IMG/VR virus record: IMGVR_UViG_3300030107_005430
Span: 1-64,000 of that record
Source of the DNA: a virus
DNA: 64,000 nt
Direction: 5' to 3' (one strand)
Position 1 is the first letter of the stretch. Each line of letters starts with the position of its first letter. This document shows positions 55,732 through 64,000 of the stretch, in pieces. A program made the translations under genes and the position numbers. The notes beneath the pieces are model-generated. The model ran no database searches and had not been told where the DNA came from. It saw nothing but the letters and a program-made list of their open reading frames with translations.

Positions 55732-56834
55732 TATAAAATCTCCATTACATCATTTTTATCAATTGTATATCTAACTAACTTTCCTTTATGGGTAAAATAG
55801 TTTTCATTTACATATAAAGCAAATTTATCATTCTCTTCTCTAAAAGTGCATACATGGGGTTGATGTAAATGTTTACCTGTATTTGCTTCAAAAATTCTTG
55901 CTTTCGTTTCCCAATTGATACCATCAGAAGAAATCATTACGGGTGTATGTTCGTCATGATAAGTTCTACGATTACCGTTAGGATCATGAATTTTATTAAT
56001 AAAGTGTGGTGGGAATGCGATATATTTGTCACCTAATGGATAGATACCAGAATAGTAAAAATTTTTCTTGATCTCTGTATCAAATTCTGGATTGTGTTTT
56101 ATTAATTTGGGTTTCGTCCAATTAATCAAATCTTTGGATCTACTATACATTATATTCCTACAACCCAATCCAATATTTGCTCTGAGATAAATTACATATT
56201 CATTGATGTTATGATCAAAGAAAATACTAGGCATCCAATCTAAACCCAATGTACCTAATTGTAGGTTCTCACACTCAGTGAGAATACTAAACACTGGTTT
56301 ATCGTGATACTCCTCCCAGTTTATTCCATCGGGGGAAACAAAAACATAAAGACCATTTGCGTGCCTTGGATGGTGAAAGTCATCTTTAAATATTAATTTT
56401 ACAGAATCAGGCCACACAGGATCAATAACCTTTACTACTTCTAAATCTTTACTAATTGGACAGTCTATTAAACTGGAGTATAATTTTTCTTGAAATTTTC
56501 CGGTTGCAGAAGAAGTGATCGCTACTGATCCTCTACCAACATGATAACCTCCAACTGCTTTGTATTTTTCTTCGGATGGTGTATTTGGATTATCATCAAC
56601 GAAAACTTTCCAGTTATGTACAGAGAGTGAGTTTCTGATGATAATATTGTCTTTTGGTTTATTGTAATTTTCACCATCCCAGATAGCATAAGCAATTTCA
56701 GTGGGTTCTGCTAGTTGCCAATAAATTTTATCTTCTACCACATGAGGATACGTTCCCGAAAGAATTCCCATTCTTTCTCTATCAGTTTCTCTGAAATTTA
56801 AAATTTCCTTATCTCTTTGAATATTCATTGTCAC
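55731..56834 (-). CDS. Beta-propeller glycoside-hydrolase-like protein
   Basis: Asp-box repeats SPDGINW, SKDLINW, SSDGINW. Confidence 0.65.
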   Translation of the reverse strand: MTMNIQRDKEILNFRETDRERMGILSGTYPHVVEDKIYWQLAEPTEIAYAIWDGENYNKPKDNIIIRNSLSVHNWKVFVDDNPNTPSEEKYKAVGGYHVGRGSVAITSSATGKFQEKLYSSLIDCPISKDLEVVKVIDPVWPDSVKLIFKDDFHHPRHANGLYVFVSPDGINWEEYHDKPVFSILTECENLQLGTLGLDWMPSIFFDHNINEYVIYLRANIGLGCRNIMYSRSKDLINWTKPKLIKHNPEFDTEIKKNFYYSGIYPLGDKYIAFPPHFINKIHDPNGNRRTYHDEHTPVMISSDGINWETKARIFEANTGKHLHQPHVCTFREENDKFALYVNENYFTHKGKLVRYTIDKNDVMEIL

Positions 56835-57663
56835 CCTTTACAAATTTTGCAAATAATGTATCGCATGATCCAACTTTAGATAACGCAGAAGAATAAGCAG
56901 CATTCAGTTCTTGATCATTAAGAAAATCATATTTCACCTGTCCGAGTGGTTTACTATCTTGAAGCCATACAATGTGATTTGAAAGCGGATATCTTTGAAT
57001 CTGTTTCACATAACCAACCTCTAATCCAGCCTTGTTCGCAATGCATTTTAAATTTTCTGAATTGAATGTATAAAGGTGTTCTTCATTTGCATTAAATATT
57101 TTAAAGTCTTCTGATTTATAAATTGTCAACAATGCATCATTTGCATTTGGTACTTCAATATAAATAGAACCACCCGGTTTTAATAGTGTTTTCAATTCTA
57201 TTAATTGTTGTATTGGATCTTCAATGTGTTCCAATACATGAAACATAACAATAGAGTCAAAAGAATCATTTTTCAAATCATCTATATCATGGAAAAATGG
57301 AATATTGTTTTTATCATAAACATTTTTTGCTTGGGAATCCAAATCAACACCAACTATTTTATTTACATACTTTTTAATTCCACAGCAAAAACTTCCTAAA
57401 CCGGAACCAAATTCTAATACATCCTTTTGTAATAATACTTCCTTTAACTGATCAATTCTTCTCTCTTCATCTAACAAACACTTGAGAGGATATGTCATGG
57501 TTGATTCTTCATAATATTTTTCCGACATGTGCTGAAATGAATCTAATTGTTCCAGACCACAACGGGAACATTTAAGTATGTTTACTTTTGGATTAGTTCT
57601 TGTACCTTCCTTTAATAATTTCAAATCATCAGAGGAACACAAATAGCAATTATTATTCTTCAT
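56809..57663 (-). CDS. Class I SAM methyltransferase with N-terminal zinc motif
   Basis: CYLC..CSRCG, LEFGSG, FHVLEHI, IEVPN. Confidence 0.85.
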   Translation of the reverse strand: MKNNNCYLCSSDDLKLLKEGTRTNPKVNILKCSRCGLEQLDSFQHMSEKYYEESTMTYPLKCLLDEERRIDQLKEVLLQKDVLEFGSGLGSFCCGIKKYVNKIVGVDLDSQAKNVYDKNNIPFFHDIDDLKNDSFDSIVMFHVLEHIEDPIQQLIELKTLLKPGGSIYIEVPNANDALLTIYKSEDFKIFNANEEHLYTFNSENLKCIANKAGLEVGYVKQIQRYPLSNHIVWLQDSKPLGQVKYDFLNDQELNAAYSSALSKVGSCDTLFAKFVKGDNEYSKR

Positions 57664-57664
57664 A

Positions 57665-58447
57665 CTATAATCTCTTAATTCTGTAAATAATTTCTGCGCC
57701 TGAACTTTCTGTTCTTGCGTAATAATTGTTTGATTCTTTCAACCACTTTAATAGTTTATCAACATTGTTGTTTGGTAGTCCAGCATCTCTTAATGCGTTC
57801 ACTAATCTTTTCTTAAAATCTTCTATTAAACCGTCTCCTGATGCCCAGTCGTGATGAATAGATCTCCATTCGAGAGAGAGTTTATTTTTGGAACAGAATT
57901 TTTTAAAATCCTCCACATCAAGAAAATGTAAATCAGTGAGAGACATCGGAACATCGAATAATAATGATAGGGTCATCCACACATATCCTCTAGGATTATA
58001 AAAGGCAGGACAACTGTTTATTATTAATCCATCATCCTTTAAAAACTTTTCAATAATTTGTGTAAGAGATGAAAATGGATTGTCAAAATGTTCCAAAGTT
58101 CCTTGCATAATAACAATATCAAATTTTTCATTGAAGTTTAAATTATGAGAATCATCACAAATAAATTCCAAGTTCTCTATATTTTGATATGAATTGTTTG
58201 CTTTATCTATTGATTCCTTTGAATAGTCACATGCAGTAACATTTTTTGCACCAGACTCTGCAATCATTGCTGCTAAGTCTCCCACCCCGCAACCAATTTC
58301 CAATACATTCATACCTGACCAATCAGAAATTTCTTTAAATATTTCAATTGATTCGATTATGGGTGGTACGGTAAAAAACTGTTCTTCAGCAGCATGTACA
58401 GAATCATATATCTTTTTTAAATCATAGTTAGTTTTATCTGCAATCAT
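57665..58447 (-). CDS. Class I SAM methyltransferase
   Basis: VLEIGCGVG, GTLEHF. Confidence 0.85.
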   Translation of the reverse strand: MIADKTNYDLKKIYDSVHAAEEQFFTVPPIIESIEIFKEISDWSGMNVLEIGCGVGDLAAMIAESGAKNVTACDYSKESIDKANNSYQNIENLEFICDDSHNLNFNEKFDIVIMQGTLEHFDNPFSSLTQIIEKFLKDDGLIINSCPAFYNPRGYVWMTLSLLFDVPMSLTDLHFLDVEDFKKFCSKNKLSLEWRSIHHDWASGDGLIEDFKKRLVNALRDAGLPNNNVDKLLKWLKESNNYYARTESSGAEIIYRIKRL

Positions 58448-59088
58448 TCTGGTTTCCTTATTGTAACATTATAAAGTTCACTAGTCTCTTTGATATAATT
58501 TTCCATCAACTCTGTAGATCCATGTAATGTCGGTGTTCTTCTAACGCCGTCCTTAGTATATGGAGTGTCTCCATCTGTATACAAATATTTTAATGTGGGT
58601 TGAACTTCATCTACCGAATAATAGTAAGCCTTCTCCCCCACTTTAAAATTATCAAAACCAACCAATCCTATGGTATCATATTCTGGATTCTTAACGAAAA
58701 AGTTAAATGCTTGGATTCCTGTTGATGGATCAAAACCATATTTTGTTTTAATTTCCTCTATTGTAGTGGTTCCATAATCTGGAGTATATTTCATGTCAGG
58801 ATTACTAAACAACCTAACTATAATTGGATTCTCCATAATGTTATCATATGGTTTGATGTGTGTGTTTAACAAATGTTTAATTTGTATTTTTTCAAAAACG
58901 AACTGTTGATATGGATTTGGATCCCACATATTTGCAAACATCCAATCACAACGAGTCCCAATGTATTTTTCATATCCCTCTATTGGAGGGAAATTGCAAA
59001 AAGCAACCTCGTCAAAAGAATTCATAAATTCTCTTGTAGATTTTAAAACACCAATTCCCTTACCAACTATTACAACAGATTTACTCAC
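58444..59088 (-). CDS. GT29-like sialyltransferase
   Basis: VVIVGKG..FDEV..CN..GYEKYIGTR (sialylmotif L-like), PSTG..LVGFD (S-like), H..E (VS-like). Confidence 0.65.
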   Translation of the reverse strand: MSKSVVIVGKGIGVLKSTREFMNSFDEVAFCNFPPIEGYEKYIGTRCDWMFANMWDPNPYQQFVFEKIQIKHLLNTHIKPYDNIMENPIIVRLFSNPDMKYTPDYGTTTIEEIKTKYGFDPSTGIQAFNFFVKNPEYDTIGLVGFDNFKVGEKAYYYSVDEVQPTLKYLYTDGDTPYTKDGVRRTPTLHGSTELMENYIKETSELYNVTIRKPE

Positions 59089-59906
59089 ACAAATGCTCCA
59101 TTTTGCATTGACTTTGGAATTATAGGATCGTCTTCTTCTAATTCTTGAATTCTAAAATCTGTATCAGGATCGAATGGATATTCCTTATTTTCAATAGCAT
59201 TCTCTAATAGTTCTTTATTTGCACAGAACCTATATCTAGGATGACTGTATGTGTGTAATTTATGAACCATTTCTTCTGGTGTCATACACCATGAAAAATG
59301 ACATCCCATATATTCCTCTGTCACTTTTCCGATATCTCTCCAATTGTATGGATACTTTACTGGTATTGCCCCATAGTATGTTGCAATTGGGGATATAAAA
59401 TCTTTATCTTTCCAAAGATAAGTTTTTTTATAAAAGAATTGTCTGAGTTTAAGTGCGACAATTCCATGTTTTTGGACTTCGGTTACAAGATAATCTATCT
59501 TATCTCCATAAATTATTTCATCAGCATCTATTGATATGATGATATCATCATCATTAAAATCATATAGTTTTGTAAAATAACTTCTCATCACTGGTTCATT
59601 TATATTGTGGATTGCATCCTCGTCCTCATATGCTCTTGCAGTTTCATTAAAAACTTCACATGAATGATAATCTAATTTATCACGAAGATGTTCTGGAATC
59701 CTATCCTTTAAATTTGTATATTCAAAATCTCTTTTCACTCCAGTGTGATTGATATCAAATTCACACACAATCATTTTCTCAATATGATCGTAACATTCAC
59801 TTAAATTCGCAACAATGAAATCAATTTCATGTGGTGCGTAACAATACGTTTTTAAATATATTTTACTCATTGCATTACCCTCAATATAGATTCTCCTAAA
59901 ACCCAA
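59085..59906 (-). CDS. GT17-like (MGAT3-type) glycosyltransferase
   Basis: VCEFDINHTG, DIIISIDADEI, GCHFSW..KL.TYSH. Confidence 0.7.
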   Translation of the reverse strand: MGFRRIYIEGNAMSKIYLKTYCYAPHEIDFIVANLSECYDHIEKMIVCEFDINHTGVKRDFEYTNLKDRIPEHLRDKLDYHSCEVFNETARAYEDEDAIHNINEPVMRSYFTKLYDFNDDDIIISIDADEIIYGDKIDYLVTEVQKHGIVALKLRQFFYKKTYLWKDKDFISPIATYYGAIPVKYPYNWRDIGKVTEEYMGCHFSWCMTPEEMVHKLHTYSHPRYRFCANKELLENAIENKEYPFDPDTDFRIQELEEDDPIIPKSMQNGAFV

Positions 59907-60508
59907 GGTTGAATTATATCTTTACTTAAATCATATTCCTTTTCTTCGTAAAAATATTTTTCATCTCCCATTTCAAAATCTATAGAATCTTCCCAATATA
60001 GTTCTAAGACAAAACTAGATCGGAAGAAAGGATATAGTTTATTTAATTCGGGTATATCTAAAGTCCTATGAACTATATGTCTTCTTGGCCTTAGAATTAA
60101 TTTACCCTCAAAATCATTGAAAAAACACCACCACTTATGTCCATTAGGATCAGTTCGATCATTACCAGAAACTAAATTATCAATCAGTGCAGTGGGAACT
60201 TCTATATAACCAGACTTGGATATTCGTACAACTTCTTTCAAAAAAGGAATTGGTTCTTTAATATGTTCCAGAATATGACTCGTAAAGGAAAAGTCAAATT
60301 CATTATCCCCAAACGGAAAAGGTGTATCATTTAAGTCATGGACAACAAATTTCTTACCTTCAAATTTAGATGAATGATCATATAGATCAACTAGAACATC
60401 TGCGAACGGACATGCTCCAGCAGCACCACACCCTAAATCCACAACATTCAATTCGGGATTTACTTCCAAGTGATCTAAAACATCATACCTACTTCTTCTC
60501 TTAATCAT
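59867..60508 (-). CDS. Class I SAM methyltransferase
   Basis: VDLGCG, FDF..SHILEH, GYIEVP. Confidence 0.82.
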   Translation of the reverse strand: MIKRRSRYDVLDHLEVNPELNVVDLGCGAAGACPFADVLVDLYDHSSKFEGKKFVVHDLNDTPFPFGDNEFDFSFTSHILEHIKEPIPFLKEVVRISKSGYIEVPTALIDNLVSGNDRTDPNGHKWWCFFNDFEGKLILRPRRHIVHRTLDIPELNKLYPFFRSSFVLELYWEDSIDFEMGDEKYFYEEKEYDLSKDIIQPWVLGESILRVMQ

Positions 60509-61140
60509 GATTGTACCTCCATGATTGCATAATTAAATAAAGGATGCACAGTAGAATCTTTCTCATGGATTATTACCTCTGCATCTAAAACCTGCTTACA
60601 TCTTTCTATGAAATCATGATGATCGGAATCATCTATAACTATAAAACTTTTTTCTGATAATTTATTTTGAAGATGTAAAAATGAAATACTTCTTCCGTTT
60701 CCATTTGGACCATCCAAAACAACTAAATCTATGTTCTCTGGTAAATCATCAGATGTAATATCATAAAAAGAGTTTTTAACCCTGAAGTTATTTTTTTCAT
60801 ATTGACAATTTACAAATTTTTCTTTGTTATATGTTTTTGTTTCAAACATTTCTTCAAAATTTTCGTCGTTGCATTTGGTTATTTCAACGATATTCAAATT
60901 TAAAAAATCATGCGTCTTGGGGTATGAATATTCTTCATTGTGATCGAAAGAATGAATAGAGTAATTTAGATTTTTCTCTTGTCTGAGATCTACAAAAAAC
61001 TTAGTAGACTTACCAGAACCAAATTCTACTATTGTTTTGATACCATTCTCTATTATTATTTTTTCTAGATGTTTTAATTGTGATGAGTATAACCCCATTC
61101 CACCTAACCAATAACTTTCATAATTCATATCAATCTCCAC
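60505..61140 (-). CDS. SAM methyltransferase-like protein
   Basis: VEFGSGKST, DLVVLDGP, IDD. Confidence 0.75.
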   Translation of the reverse strand: MEIDMNYESYWLGGMGLYSSQLKHLEKIIIENGIKTIVEFGSGKSTKFFVDLRQEKNLNYSIHSFDHNEEYSYPKTHDFLNLNIVEITKCNDENFEEMFETKTYNKEKFVNCQYEKNNFRVKNSFYDITSDDLPENIDLVVLDGPNGNGRSISFLHLQNKLSEKSFIVIDDSDHHDFIERCKQVLDAEVIIHEKDSTVHPLFNYAIMEVQS

Positions 61141-61841
61141 AGGGAATAATCTTCATTCCCACCATTAAGTAAATCTACCCAAAATTTATCTTCTTTATTT
61201 ACTCTATCATCTATCCAGTTTTTGGAATGGATAATTTTCTTTTTCTTTCCAATAAACCCTGCACATATACAATATGTAGACGGACTAGAGATGATATAAT
61301 CACATTCACTTATGGTAGAAAAATCTTGAATGTAATTCGTTCTGTCTGGTGTATTCATACCGAATTTAATATTCTTTGATCTTTTCTCTAAACATTCTAC
61401 CACGGATTGGTATGATTTCAAATTTTTATCGTCAGTAAATATATAAAATGTTTCTGCGGTAACTTCATCTATTGCGTTCAAATAATACTCTTCATCTAAA
61501 ACCGCATCAGCATTCCATTGAAAAAAATCAGTTCCTCGAAAATGAATAGCAACTGAATTTTCCTCTACCTTTGGTTTTGTTTTCAATTCAAATATTGATC
61601 GTGTTGAAATAGAATTCCATTCAAAAAATTTCTCACCCAAGCAAAGACGTAATTCTTGATTCGCTATCTGAGAACCGTTTAGCATATCACCTTTGAAGAA
61701 TTGAAACCCATCCCAAGGAACACAAGACCACGTTTCCCCTTCTTTCTCTGCTAGTTGTCGTAGATTGTTGTAATATAAAATTCTATTACCGAATCCACCA
61801 CTCGTCATATTATTGATTGAAATCACGGATTTGTCTCCCAA
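61125..61841 (-). CDS. GT11-like fucosyltransferase (second copy)
   Basis: GGFGN, HFRGTD, YY, TDD, DF..SPSTY; paralogous to 50613-51455. Confidence 0.78.
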   Translation of the reverse strand: MGDKSVISINNMTSGGFGNRILYYNNLRQLAEKEGETWSCVPWDGFQFFKGDMLNGSQIANQELRLCLGEKFFEWNSISTRSIFELKTKPKVEENSVAIHFRGTDFFQWNADAVLDEEYYLNAIDEVTAETFYIFTDDKNLKSYQSVVECLEKRSKNIKFGMNTPDRTNYIQDFSTISECDYIISSPSTYCICAGFIGKKKKIIHSKNWIDDRVNKEDKFWVDLLNGGNEDYSLWRLI

Positions 61842-62521
61842 CCTTTATCAATCCAATAATCATAAAGAGACCATCGAAAGTCATCGTGGTTTGATTTTCT
61901 CCATGTTGCATGTTCATCTGAACCAAGATATGTTAAAGTGTCTCCCCAAACTTCAGGTCTGTCCATCGGTTGAGATGGGAAATAAGAATCTATATTTCCA
62001 TGTATTTTGCAAGAGGCACAGAAATGAATATCTTCACCATTGTCATATGTGGGAGGATTTTCTTTCCACATATAATGAATCCACTCTGTCTTAAAGAACC
62101 AACAATGTCCAACTATATCACATTTAATATGCTCTGTGTTTCCGTCACCGCAGCCATATCCTGTTCGATTGTAATTTCTACAATTACCTCCTACAATGCA
62201 ATTTTTCTCATCGCATAAATTCTTACAGTGTTCCAACCATTTTGGATTTGGAATTGTGTCGTCATCAAAAATAACAGTATATTCAGTATCGAATAGTAAA
62301 GGTAGAGTGAATCTTCCGTGGAATTTAAAATTAACATCCTTAGAATGAATATGATTGAATTTATATTTTTCTTTTAGGTATTCAATATCAACATGAGATT
62401 CATTTTGATAGACATAGATTTCATTTATATTTGCAGTTTGTTGTTGAATAGCCTTTAATTGTAATTCTAAATTATTTCTTTTCCAAACTGTTAGTATCAC
62501 ATTTATCATTTCATACTCCAA
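61823..62521 (-). CDS. GT-A fold glycosyltransferase
   Basis: ILTVWKR, IFDDDTIP, GEDIHF. Confidence 0.7.
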   Translation of the reverse strand: MEYEMINVILTVWKRNNLELQLKAIQQQTANINEIYVYQNESHVDIEYLKEKYKFNHIHSKDVNFKFHGRFTLPLLFDTEYTVIFDDDTIPNPKWLEHCKNLCDEKNCIVGGNCRNYNRTGYGCGDGNTEHIKCDIVGHCWFFKTEWIHYMWKENPPTYDNGEDIHFCASCKIHGNIDSYFPSQPMDRPEVWGDTLTYLGSDEHATWRKSNHDDFRWSLYDYWIDKGWETNP

Positions 62522-63338
62522 TATTATTCTTTTCTAATATTTCCATAGTGGTATTAAACGAACCCTCAATGGAAGAATTCTTTTCAAACCAACGAATGCA
62601 ATTATTCGACAAAGTTTCCCAGTCTTCTTTGGAACAATTGTTGACAAGTTCGATTGCTTCCTCTGGTGAATTCGCTTTCAGATAATGGACGTTCTCTTCA
62701 ATTTGATTGTAGTGAGCAACAGAACACCCCGGAGTTATTATAGGAACAACTCCGAGTCCCATATACTCAATATCTCTTAAACATTTAGGTCCAACACCCG
62801 GTAAGCAAAGTCCGAATTTCATTTTAGATAATACTTTTAAATATTCAGCAGGTGAATATGCATCTCCGCCCGTAGTTAATATAAAAAAGTCACAACACTG
62901 TTTCCAATTTAAAGTTCTCATTGGAGTTGTCTTGCTCCCAACAAAACCCAATAAAACTTCTCTATCATCGTATGAAAGTCTGTTACTTATTTTAAAGTCT
63001 TCGTATAGTTTCGAATGTTTGGGCCAGAAAGACCAAGGACTTGATCTTTCCCCTTCTAGAATACTGTTTGCCCATAGAGAAAACTTCCAATTCTGATCTG
63101 GAGGTATTCTATCCAACAAAGCAAAATCATATAACATGATGTTACCAACTTCACCTATCCAACATTTTGCTTCTGGTAAATTTAGCACATCTGTATTAAA
63201 ATTGTAAGTGGGAACCGGACAAGGTTTCACTTCACAAAAACCCCTCTCTTCCCAAGCATCAACCAAACCACGAAACGAATCAGTGTTGTGTTCACAGAAA
63301 TATGGTTTTAATATAGTAATCTTATTTGGAATTTTCAT
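62511..63338 (-). CDS. Exostosin/GT47-like glycosyltransferase
   Basis: GFVG..R, YL..KFGLCLPG.G..RDIE..GVVPII. Confidence 0.65.
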   Translation of the reverse strand: MKIPNKITILKPYFCEHNTDSFRGLVDAWEERGFCEVKPCPVPTYNFNTDVLNLPEAKCWIGEVGNIMLYDFALLDRIPPDQNWKFSLWANSILEGERSSPWSFWPKHSKLYEDFKISNRLSYDDREVLLGFVGSKTTPMRTLNWKQCCDFFILTTGGDAYSPAEYLKVLSKMKFGLCLPGVGPKCLRDIEYMGLGVVPIITPGCSVAHYNQIEENVHYLKANSPEEAIELVNNCSKEDWETLSNNCIRWFEKNSSIEGSFNTTMEILEKNNIGV

Positions 63339-64000
63339 ATTCTTTAGTATCCACTCCGCTCAAAACTAAATTAACTAACTTATCAATTTCATCTTTATGA
63401 TCCTGATATGGTCGAAGAGAATGTGAATCGTAATAATAATCATTCGGAACCAATGCTTCGTCGTATCCCCAATTAGGTCTATCTATTCTAAATCCATTCT
63501 GTCCACCATTACGTTTAATTAACACCACATCACCTACAGTGTGCATTCTTTCTATAACTTTTTTGCTTCCCCAATATTCATCTGCAAACCAATGATTTTT
63601 TCCTGCAAGATGTCCACCGGGATCATTACCCATATTCAATCCGAATAAAAATTTTATAGAGTCTTCCCAATTATCATGTAGATCTAAAACTTCTTTGTAT
63701 TTGGAACCCTTTGCTATGTGATAGCAACTTGGTATTATTCCATATGTCTCTATACAGGGATTAATATGAACGTAAGAATTATCATCTATATCAGCAATAG
63801 TATCTACAAAGTATTTCTTGGATAATGGTAACATATCAATATCACTTATGATGTTTACTGAATCTGGTTTCTGTGAAGTGTACCAATACCTCACCCATAG
63901 ATTTTGTAAATATAAAGGTATACCTTCTATGGGTTTCATTTTTACAACTTCCCCATAAGTATCATCTATGTTTATACTATGATCTTCGTCTATGTAAATT
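63322..64000 (-). CDS. Putative glycosyltransferase-like protein (N-terminus outside window)
   Basis: ISDIDMLP DxD motif, DE, RIDR, DSH..RPY; frame appears open to the window edge. Confidence 0.55.
   Translation of the reverse strand, partial: IYIDEDHSINIDDTYGEVVKMKPIEGIPLYLQNLWVRYWYTSQKPDSVNIISDIDMLPLSKKYFVDTIADIDDNSYVHINPCIETYGIIPSCYHIAKGSKYKEVLDLHDNWEDSIKFLFGLNMGNDPGGHLAGKNHWFADEYWGSKKVIERMHTVGDVVLIKRNGGQNGFRIDRPNWGYDEALVPNDYYYDSHSLRPYQDHKDEIDKLVNLVLSGVDTKEYENSK

Noticed and set aside
1-64000. Alternative genetic code
   Set aside because: Core genes are intact under code 11 and TAA, TAG and TGA are all used as stops
42871-64000. Host capsule/O-antigen locus (prophage boundary or chimera)
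   Set aside because: No wzx/wzy/wzz/kps or housekeeping genes, no integrase; continuous strand and gene packing with phage structural genes. Read-level confirmation is still advisable
1-64000. tRNA genes
   Set aside because: No cloverleaf with T-loop consensus recognised in the intergenic gaps; tRNAscan-SE would be decisive

Overview
A 64-kb segment of a large T4-like (Tevenvirinae/Kyanoviridae-style) myovirus genome, probably aquatic. A Phycisphaerae-type porin and a PAPG-type PEP-CTERM sorting tail suggest a Planctomycetota host (inference). There are four blocks. (1) 1-22.7 kb: a late-promoter (TATAAATA-like) region of mostly hypothetical genes. Many begin with a T4 internal-protein-like capsid-targeting leader (MKSF..F..E) and are built from small modules separated by ESVE(L/V)DE-type prohead-protease linkers. 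Modules include DUF192, SET, an RNA-ligase-like KxDG enzyme, a HIGH nucleotidyltransferase, PD-(D/E)XK and HNH domains. Between the ligase-like and nucleotidyltransferase genes lies a structured non-coding element carrying 14-15 nt of the 16S rRNA 3' tail (anti-Shine-Dalgarno). (2) 22.7-25.8 kb: RuvC-like resolvase, lipoprotein trypsin and porin. (3) 26-38.4 kb: nrdJ, thyX, gmd, fcl, primase 61, helicase 41, uvsX, polymerase 43 and dUTPase. (4) 38.5-64 kb: tail-fibre and collagen genes, then a >21-kb glycan island (nonulosonic-acid synthesis, GT29-, GT11-, GT17-, GT8-, GT2- and GT47-like transferases, methyltransferases). No tRNA, rRNA gene, CRISPR array or IS element was recognised. All family assignments come from motif recognition by eye, not from database searches.
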